64,000 nt of DNA from a bacterium (GTDB lineage: Bacteria; Myxococcota_A; Polyangia; Nannocystales; Nannocystaceae). The notes under the pieces are model-generated. The model was given only the letters and a program-made list of their open reading frames with translations. It had not been told where the DNA came from and searched no databases. The translations under genes and the position numbers were made by a program. The stretch covers positions 74,529 to 138,528 of the forward strand of contig JANSYI010000017.1 of NCBI GenBank assembly GCA_024742475.1, written 5' to 3'. This document shows, in pieces, positions 37,852-44,700 of this stretch (positions are counted from its first letter, which is position 1; the number at the start of each line of letters is the position of its first letter).

Positions 37852-39606
37852 TCACTCCTCGGGGGCGTCGAACTGAATCGCCGCCTTCTCGAACATCTGT
37901 ACGAGGTTCTGCTTGTCCACAGCCTTGAGGTACGCCTCTCGGGCCTCGACCGTGCCGTCCTGCACGAGCGCGACGAGGTGGTCGTTGAGGTTTTGCATGC
38001 CGATATCCTTGCTCACCTGCATCGTGTTCTTGAGCTGGTGCGTCTTGCCTTCGCGGATGAGGTTGCCGACCGCGTTGGTGTGCAAGAGGATCTCGTAGGC
38101 TGCGACCCGACCGCCGGTCTTGCGGCGGAGCAAGGTCTGGCCGATGACGCCACGCAGCGAACCGCCGAGCATCGTTCGGATCTGCGCTTGTTGGTCGCCA
38201 GGGAACTGGTCGATGAGACGATCGACGGTGCTCGGTGCCGTCGTCGTGTGCAGCGTGCCGAAGACGAGGTGCCCGGTCTCGGCCGTCTCGAGCGCGATGT
38301 GAATCGTCTCGAGGTCCCGAAGCTCGCCGACGAGAATCACGTCGGGATCCTCGCGCAGGGCCGCACGCAGGGCGGACTTGAACGACTTGGTGTGCCGCCC
38401 GACCTCGCGCTGGTTGATCAAGCACCGCTTGTTGTCGTGGACGAACTCGATCGGGTCTTCGATCGTGATGATGTGGTCGTCGCGGTTGCGGTTGATGAAG
38501 TCGATCATCGACGCGAGCGTGGTCGACTTGCCCGAGCCCGTGGGGCCCGTGACGAGCACGAGGCCCTTGGAGAGCCAGCACAGGTCCAGGACTTTGGGCG
38601 GAAGGCCGATGACGTCGGGCGTCAGGATGTCGACAGGGATCTGCCGAAAGACCGCGCCCATGCCCTTGCGGTCGGCGAAGTAGTTGGCGCGAAACCTTGC
38701 GACTCCGCGGATCGCGTAGGCGAAGTCGGCGTCGGCGGTCTCGACGAAGTCCGCGTAGGCGTTGTCGTCGACGATCTCGAGCAGGAGCTCTGCGAGCTCG
38801 TTGGCGGGAAAGGAAGGATGGCCTTCGAGTGGCTGCATCTTCCCGTGCAGTCGAACCATCGGTCGGCTCTCCGCGGAGAGGTGGAGGTCGCTCGCGTCGA
38901 GTTCGACCATCTGACGCAGCATGGCGTCGAGGCGTGGGGTGCCGGCGGGGCGAACGCGACGCGGCGCCAAGCGGTACCCCAGACCATCGGCCGCGGGCGA
39001 GGAGGACTGCGCCGCCGCGACGACAGCCGGCGAGGCGGCCTGTGCCGCGACGGGGGCGGACTCGGGCTCTTTCGGCGGCGGCTCCGGTTGCGGCGCTTTC
39101 GTCGAGGTGGTCTCCGGTTGCGGCGCTCTCGTCGAGGTGGTCTCCGGCGCAACTGAGCGCCGAGGAAGACCCGTCTCGGGCCCCCCGAGGGAGGGGATGT
39201 CGACGGTTCGAGGCTTCCTCTTGTTGGCCGGGGCCTCGTCGGGCTTGGGCTGACGACGTTCCCGCTTGGGCGTGGGCGAGGGGGTGCTCGCGGCTGGCTT
39301 GGGTCTCGAGGCGCCCCGCAGTCGCACGGTCACGCTGAGCTTCACGCCCTTCTTGACGACCGTCGCCGTCAAGCGCTGCGTGCCGACGTCGAAGTTGACG
39401 TCCCGGGTCTTGTCTCCGCCGACCAGCAGCGACGCAACGTCGGTGCCCTCGAAGAAACGAGCGATCGCGCGAGCGTTGAGTGGGGTGACCGTCACGGGCA
39501 GGTCGCGCGTGGTCGACTTCACGATGGCCGGGGAGCCAACGGCAAACGCGAGCTCGTTGGCATCCGGCCGTTCGAGGTACGAGCAGAGTTGACTCAGCTT
39601 GCTCAC
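37852..39606 (-). CDS. pilT: PilT-family type IV pilus retraction ATPase paralog with ~225-aa N-terminal extension
   Basis: Walker A GPTGSGKSTT, the Asp box and Walker B (DVILVGELRD), His box TGHLVFGTLHT, and the PilT-type AVGNLIREGKTHQL motif. A full PilT N-terminal domain is present (ASDLHLSAESRPMVRLHG). An extra domain and a Pro/Thr linker precede it. Confidence 0.85.
   Translation of the reverse strand: MSKLSQLCSYLERPDANELAFAVGSPAIVKSTTRDLPVTVTPLNARAIARFFEGTDVASLLVGGDKTRDVNFDVGTQRLTATVVKKGVKLSVTVRLRGASRPKPAASTPSPTPKRERRQPKPDEAPANKRKPRTVDIPSLGGPETGLPRRSVAPETTSTRAPQPETTSTKAPQPEPPPKEPESAPVAAQAASPAVVAAAQSSSPAADGLGYRLAPRRVRPAGTPRLDAMLRQMVELDASDLHLSAESRPMVRLHGKMQPLEGHPSFPANELAELLLEIVDDNAYADFVETADADFAYAIRGVARFRANYFADRKGMGAVFRQIPVDILTPDVIGLPPKVLDLCWLSKGLVLVTGPTGSGKSTTLASMIDFINRNRDDHIITIEDPIEFVHDNKRCLINQREVGRHTKSFKSALRAALREDPDVILVGELRDLETIHIALETAETGHLVFGTLHTTTAPSTVDRLIDQFPGDQQAQIRTMLGGSLRGVIGQTLLRRKTGGRVAAYEILLHTNAVGNLIREGKTHQLKNTMQVSKDIGMQNLNDHLVALVQDGTVEAREAYLKAVDKQNLVQMFEKAAIQFDAPEE
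39082..39147. repeat. 2.2 x 30-bp tandem repeat inside the pilT-paralog linker
   Basis: ctccggttgcggcgctttcgtcgaggtggt and ctccggttgcggcgctctcgtcgaggtggt, followed by a partial third unit ctccgg. The two full units encode APETTSTRAPQPETTSTKAPQPE on the minus strand. Confidence 0.9.
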
Positions 39607-39657
39607 CGAACCCGAAGGTTAGCCCGAAAACGCCAAAGCTCGGAAAAGCCAGCAGGT

Positions 39658-40920
39658 TCAACCACCGCGGCGGCGCGCAACGAGACCCATCAACAGCACG
39701 AGTGCCCAGGTGCTCAGATGTCTCGATGGGGAGCCGGACGTACACGCGCAGGTCTCGGGTTCTCCTGGTGCGCCGTAGGACGTGGGGGGAGGGAGTGCGC
39801 CCGCGTCGTCGGCAGAGGTTGCTCGACCCACGGTGATCGTCACCGTGTTGCTCACCCGAATGAACCCCTGCGTGTCCTGGATCTCGACCCGAATGTCGTA
39901 TTCGCCCGCGACGTCCTGCTGCGCCGTCCAGCCGAACGGAGCCGCATCGTCGGTGTCTTGCAGTACGGCGTTCACGAACAGCGCGGCCTTGTGAATCGTG
40001 ACGCCGTCATCGGCATCGATGATGATTTCGAACCGCTCGTCGAGCTCGAAGTTCTCGCCTTCGAGCGGCGCCGCGATCTGAATGGAGGGGCCCGAGGCAT
40101 CGGGTGTGGCAGGCCCGATGAGCGTGTACAGCTCGGCGTGCGCGTTTTGTTGGTCGGGCACACCGCACTGTGCTTCATGCTGGTCGGGGCACTGCACGTC
40201 GGTCGAGCTCAGCGGCAGACATTCGTCCCTGAACGAAGGGTTTCCGCCCACGTTGGTCGGGTTCATGATGTCGGCCGGTTCGCTGACGTGCTCGAGACCC
40301 AACGAATGGCCGATCTCTTGGCTGATCGTGGTCGCGGTACTGGTCGCGGTGTGGCTGTCGTTCGCGCTGTGAAACGCGAACACGACGTTGTTGCGGGTCC
40401 GCGCGTCTTCGCAGTCGAGCAGCGCGATGCCCAGCTTCGAGTCGTTGTCGGGGTTGCCGGGGCCGACCATCGTCATGATGTAGTCGCCCTCGGGTGGGCG
40501 GCGATCGGTGACCACGGCGTTGTAGGCCGACCAGTCCTCGCGGACCGCCTGCATGATCGCCGCTCGCTTGGACCCCTCGTCGCCGTACGCAGGGTAGGGG
40601 CCGGCCATGTTTGCGATCGTGGTGACGTTGGAGCGCGCGTCGTCGGGTCCGCTGATCAGCTCGGCGCCGTCGAAGTTCAGGAACAAGACCGCGGGTGCTT
40701 GGGTGTCGCGAGAGGAACGCGGCGCGTCGTGCAGCCCGGTGGGGACGATGGGCACGCCGCGCGACTGACCGAGCCCGGCGTCGCGAAGCTGATCCAAGTC
40801 GTCATCCCACGTCGCGGGCCGGTGCTCCTCGACCTTCAAGCCGCCGGCCGCGCGAGCGTTCGAGACGGACGCGCAAACCGCGAGCACGGCGAGGGCTGAA
40901 GCGAGGCGAGTGGTGGTCAT
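39658..40920 (-). CDS. Secreted metzincin-like metalloprotease homolog with MYXO-CTERM tail; first zinc-ligand His replaced by Gln
   Basis: Signal peptide MTTTRLASALAVLAVCASVSNARA. The site reads QEIGHSLGLEH, where a metzincin would have HExxHxxGxxH, and a Met-turn-like DIMNP follows. C-terminus is CACTSGS...WALVLLMGLVARRRGG. Confidence 0.7.
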   Translation of the reverse strand: MTTTRLASALAVLAVCASVSNARAAGGLKVEEHRPATWDDDLDQLRDAGLGQSRGVPIVPTGLHDAPRSSRDTQAPAVLFLNFDGAELISGPDDARSNVTTIANMAGPYPAYGDEGSKRAAIMQAVREDWSAYNAVVTDRRPPEGDYIMTMVGPGNPDNDSKLGIALLDCEDARTRNNVVFAFHSANDSHTATSTATTISQEIGHSLGLEHVSEPADIMNPTNVGGNPSFRDECLPLSSTDVQCPDQHEAQCGVPDQQNAHAELYTLIGPATPDASGPSIQIAAPLEGENFELDERFEIIIDADDGVTIHKAALFVNAVLQDTDDAAPFGWTAQQDVAGEYDIRVEIQDTQGFIRVSNTVTITVGRATSADDAGALPPPTSYGAPGEPETCACTSGSPSRHLSTWALVLLMGLVARRRGG

Positions 40921-41013
40921 CGGAGCCGACGGGCGGTCGGCTGAGACGTGCGACGAGGAGCCCGTGAGGTTCCCCGTGGGCCGAATGCGGGTGCGCGCGG
41001 CTATTCTCATGCC

Positions 41014-41586
41014 GTGCGCCGGCTTTGGGCCCTGTGGATGATCTGTTCAGCCTCGCTCGCATGCACCCCGCGTTCGAAGGCCGTGCCCCCGCCGAAACCC
41101 GCAGCGCCGTCGACGCTCGTGCGCGGTGAAGAGGGGGTCAACAAGCTCGTCACGCAGATCTGCGGGCAGCCTTGCGACACCGCCCTCGAGGGGTCGGCCA
41201 GCACGCTCCGCACTTCGGTCAGCGGCACCATGCACATGGAGCGCGACGCGGTGTCCTGCAGCGTGCCCGGCTTCTTCGAGGAGCCCGCCACGTGTAGCGC
41301 GGTCTGTGTCGGTGACGTGCCGTCGGTCACCTCGGTGCTGATCGACATGGGGCCGATCGGCCCGAACACCCGGAGCTCTCTGTGCATGGCGCTCGAGCGC
41401 GATCGCGGAGAGCCAACCCGCGGCAGCTGCGACGACGTCTGCGAGGGCGGCATGGGCTGCGCGTGGCCACAGACCGACGAGCGTGCCGCGCTCGAGTTCG
41501 TCGGCCACGTGGCGCTGCAGTGCCCGGGGCCTCAGTCGTCCTTGGACCCGAACCAGTCGGACGGGTCGAACTCGATGTCTCCGTAG
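41014..41586 (+). CDS. Cysteine-rich lipoprotein, function unknown
   Basis: GTG 41014 gives VRRLWALWMICSASLAC (lipobox). There are 10 further Cys. The 3' end overlaps the convergent gene by 55 nt, so the stop and start are uncertain. Confidence 0.45.
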   Translation: MRRLWALWMICSASLACTPRSKAVPPPKPAAPSTLVRGEEGVNKLVTQICGQPCDTALEGSASTLRTSVSGTMHMERDAVSCSVPGFFEEPATCSAVCVGDVPSVTSVLIDMGPIGPNTRSSLCMALERDRGEPTRGSCDDVCEGGMGCAWPQTDERAALEFVGHVALQCPGPQSSLDPNQSDGSNSMSP

Positions 41587-42506
41587 CCGCCAAACCCGTG
41601 CCCGGCTCCCCCGGCCGTCTCGATGTGGAGCGTCGAGCCTGCCGTCAGGGTGAATGGGGTCCACGGCGTGACGGGTTCACTGGAGCCGGAGCCGTCGATG
41701 CGTACGGCCACCGAAGGACGGGGTGGCCCGGCCCGGTCGATGCCGTGCGGTGGGTTGGAGACGCGGTCGATGCCGACGAGAGCGGTGACGTCTCGGGTGA
41801 CCGCGTACGTGCGTATGACGCCGTCGCTTCCGACCCGGGCACCGCCGCCGCCTGAACGTTCGCGGGAGCGCTGCGTGATCGATAGCCACGGCACGAACGC
41901 GGCCGTACTCACCATGCCGAGGATCGGGCTGGTCCAACCGGAGCGTCCGCTACGGCTCGGCGTCGCCCCCTCGCCGCCGGGAATCGCCTCGCAGAGCTGG
42001 TCGTCGTCTGCTCGAAGCTCGACGACTGCACCGACCGTGTTGGAGCCGGCGCCAACCCGACCGGGCCAGCTCGCTGCCAGTGCGCCCAGGACCGCATCGA
42101 ACGCGCGCGCCAGGCTGAAGGCGCGTCGTCCCGGATCGGATGCCGCGACGCCTCCGACCCAGCTCCCCGCTTCGTGCAGGACGTCGAGATGGTCGAGCCA
42201 CCGCCGGTCGGGCTCGGTCCCCAGCGCTGCGGCGAGGGCCAGCACGCTCGCCAGCCGCAGGTCATCCTCATCGAGCCCAAAGCCGTCCGCATCCGATGCG
42301 GTGTCGCTGTCTCGAAAGTCCAGGCGGAGACGTCCGCCGGTGCCCTTGGCCACGACGCGAACGCGTAGGCGGGCCTTGCCGCGAAGCGCGAGGTCGTCGC
42401 CGAACGACCCGATCGGCGCCGTGGGCAACGTGGGAAGCGCGTCGTCTCCGGCGACGAGCGCCTGCAGACGAGGGAGGTGCGCGTGGAGGGGGCCGAACGG
42501 AGTCAA
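41532..42506 (-). CDS. Hydantoinase B/oxoprolinase (HyuB)-family protein, C-terminal half only, degenerate motifs
   Basis: SGGGGARVGSDGVIRTY and the terminal ETAGGAGHGFGGYGD resemble the HyuB C-terminus. The N-terminal ~200 aa of the family are absent. The TTG start at 42506 overlaps the upstream stop (TTGA). The upstream part of the ORF is an out-of-frame shadow of the cyclase gene. Confidence 0.55.
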   Translation of the reverse strand: MTPFGPLHAHLPRLQALVAGDDALPTLPTAPIGSFGDDLALRGKARLRVRVVAKGTGGRLRLDFRDSDTASDADGFGLDEDDLRLASVLALAAALGTEPDRRWLDHLDVLHEAGSWVGGVAASDPGRRAFSLARAFDAVLGALAASWPGRVGAGSNTVGAVVELRADDDQLCEAIPGGEGATPSRSGRSGWTSPILGMVSTAAFVPWLSITQRSRERSGGGGARVGSDGVIRTYAVTRDVTALVGIDRVSNPPHGIDRAGPPRPSVAVRIDGSGSSEPVTPWTPFTLTAGSTLHIETAGGAGHGFGGYGDIEFDPSDWFGSKDD

Positions 42507-44128
42507 CGCTGCACGGACTGTGTGGCGCGGGACGTGGGGTTGGTGCCGGGGGCTCCTGGGTCTTGAAGCGCGGCGTAGATGTTGAGCGCGGCGGACTTGC
42601 CCTTGACCTGCACGGGCTCTCGCTTCTCGGCGTTGAGTGAGCCGCGGGTGCTCTGCATGGTGAACTCCGAGAGGAGGACCTCGCCCGCTTTGGCGGCGCT
42701 GCACAGCCTGGCTGCGACGTTCACGGCGTCTCCGATCACGGTGTACTGCAGCGTTCGAGACGACCCGATCGCGCCCGCGATGACGGGACCCGTGTTGATG
42801 CCGACGCCGATGTGAATCGCCTCGAGCCCCGCGCTCTCGCGCACCCTGTTGAACTCGGCCAACGCCCGCTGCATCTCGAGGCCGCAGCGGACGGCGCGGT
42901 CGGCCGCGTCGGGCAGGTGCACCGGAGCGCCGAACAGACCGATGATCTCGTCGCCGACGTACTTGTCGAGCGTGCCGCCGTGGGCGAACAGCACGTCGAC
43001 CATCACCTCGAAGTAGTCGTTGAGCGTCTTGACCATCTCCTCGGGGGAGTGACGCTCACTCATGTGCGTGAAGCCGCGGATGTCGGCGAAGAGCATGGTG
43101 ACCTCGCGCTTGGTGCCGCCCTGGTCGAGCTGGAGGGCACCGCGGACGATTTGGTCGACGAGGTTGGGGGAGAGCAGGCGCTGGAACTGCGCACGCTGGC
43201 CCGCTTCACGCTCGATCTTCTTGGCGAGGCGATGGTTCTCGATCGCCGTGGCCGCTTGCGTTGCAATGCCCTGGAAGAGCGTGAGGTCCTTCTCCTTGAA
43301 CGCCCCGGTGGTCAGCGTGGAGTCCATGTGCATCACGCCGACGAGGTTCTCGCCGTACAGCAGGGGCACCGCCATCGTGGAGCGGATGCCCTGCATGATG
43401 ATGCTCTTGGAGGCCTTGAAGCGCTCGTCGAGCATGGCGTCGGAGGAGAGGACGGCTCGCTTGTTGTTGCGGACCTCGGCGAGGATCGACTTCGAGAGCT
43501 GGATCTCCTCGCCTTCGCGCTTCTGCTTGACGTAGCGGGGCACCAGGTCGCCCGTGTCGGGGTCGAGCAGCAGGATGACGGCGCGATCGGCTTTGATCAG
43601 CTGGAACGTCTCGTCGACGATCTTCTGCAGGAGGTCGTCGAGGTTGGCGTCGACCGAGAGCTTCTGGCTGAGCTGGTGGGCGATGCGGAGCTTCTCGTAG
43701 TCGGCCTTGAGCGACTCGAAGTCGTCGATCTCCGCGGCGGGCAGGAAGCTGGTGCTGGCCTCGACGCGGCTGCGGACCTGGCTCTGCAGCATGTCCGTCA
43801 TCACCGTGAAGTGGCTGGCGGCCGGCGCAGAGGCCTGCTCCTCGTCGTCCTCGAAGCGCAGGAGCGTGTTGCCGAGCGAGAGCTCGTCACCGCTGGCGAG
43901 GCGTGCTTCGCTGACTCGCTGGCCGTTGACGTAGCTGCCGTTGAGGGATCCGACGTCGCGAAGGATGTAGCCGCCCTGCGGTCCGCGGGTGATGCGGCAG
44001 TGCTCTTTGGACACGATCCGGTCGAGCACCTGGACCGTGTTGTCGGGGTGCCGTCCAATCGTGTTGAACGCAGTGAGCAAGTACTCACTCGGGCCCTCGC
44101 CCTTGACCAGAATCAGCCTGGCTCCCAT
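42503..44128 (-). CDS. FHA - GAF - class III adenylate/guanylate cyclase
   Basis: FHA domain (TIGRHPDNTVQVLDRIVSKEHCRI...LRDVGSLNGSYVNG). GAF-like middle domain (LLQKIVDETFQLIKADRAVILLLD). Cyclase domain (VTMLFADIRGFT...GGTLDKYVGDEIIGLFGAP...IGVGINTGPVIAGAIGS...YTVIGDAVNVAARL). Confidence 0.85.
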   Translation of the reverse strand: MGARLILVKGEGPSEYLLTAFNTIGRHPDNTVQVLDRIVSKEHCRITRGPQGGYILRDVGSLNGSYVNGQRVSEARLASGDELSLGNTLLRFEDDEEQASAPAASHFTVMTDMLQSQVRSRVEASTSFLPAAEIDDFESLKADYEKLRIAHQLSQKLSVDANLDDLLQKIVDETFQLIKADRAVILLLDPDTGDLVPRYVKQKREGEEIQLSKSILAEVRNNKRAVLSSDAMLDERFKASKSIIMQGIRSTMAVPLLYGENLVGVMHMDSTLTTGAFKEKDLTLFQGIATQAATAIENHRLAKKIEREAGQRAQFQRLLSPNLVDQIVRGALQLDQGGTKREVTMLFADIRGFTHMSERHSPEEMVKTLNDYFEVMVDVLFAHGGTLDKYVGDEIIGLFGAPVHLPDAADRAVRCGLEMQRALAEFNRVRESAGLEAIHIGVGINTGPVIAGAIGSSRTLQYTVIGDAVNVAARLCSAAKAGEVLLSEFTMQSTRGSLNAEKREPVQVKGKSAALNIYAALQDPGAPGTNPTSRATQSVQR

Positions 44129-44190
44129 GGGATCGCCGCAGTCCGCATCCTATCAGGATGTCTCAGGCCGCGTACGCGCGGATCAGCACC

Positions 44191-44592
44191 TCAGTAGGTG
44201 ACGATGTGCTGGACCTCGTAAACGAACTCTTGCTTGGGGATGAGCTGAAACGGCCACTCGATGAAGATCGAGTAAACCGCGCCAAACTCGGCCTCGTGCT
44301 CGTCGAGCTCGATCCAGGTCTCGAGGTCGGGGTCCTGGACACCCACGCGCCGCAGGTCGTTGGTCATGCGCTGGCGGAGGGCCTCGGTGGCGTCGGCCTT
44401 CTTCTGGTAGTAGGTGCGCTTCCCCGCGAACGCCGAGCCAGTTTCCTCCAGCACCCGGTAGGCCTCCTGCTTCTGCATGAACAGCGGTAGGTACTGGTAG
44501 GCGAAGAAGATGGTCAGCCCCGTGATGACGAGCAGGACCACCGTCACCGAGTTGAACCGCCGGGGCTTCTTGTACTTGATCGCCTGTGCCAT
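44191..44592 (-). CDS. Small membrane-anchored protein (133 aa), function unknown
   Basis: Basic N-terminus, one TM segment (VTVVLLVITGLTIFFAYQYL) and a ~90-aa soluble domain. It is the first gene of the operon with the FHA-GAF-cyclase. Confidence 0.6.
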   Translation of the reverse strand: MAQAIKYKKPRRFNSVTVVLLVITGLTIFFAYQYLPLFMQKQEAYRVLEETGSAFAGKRTYYQKKADATEALRQRMTNDLRRVGVQDPDLETWIELDEHEAEFGAVYSIFIEWPFQLIPKQEFVYEVQHIVTY

Positions 44593-44700
44593 CGTTCAGG
44601 ATCGCTCCGTTCACGTTAGCAGGCTGTCGCAGCGGCCACTACGGGGGCTCACCCGTTCTCCTGCGCCGAGTTTGTGGCGGTGACGGCAGCACCGCTATGA

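Noticed and set aside
42507-42704. Longer version of the HyuB-like gene starting at 42704
   Set aside because: The extra 66 codons overlap the cyclase C-terminus out of frame and translate to Arg/Pro/His-rich sequence. Family similarity begins only after the TTG at 42506.
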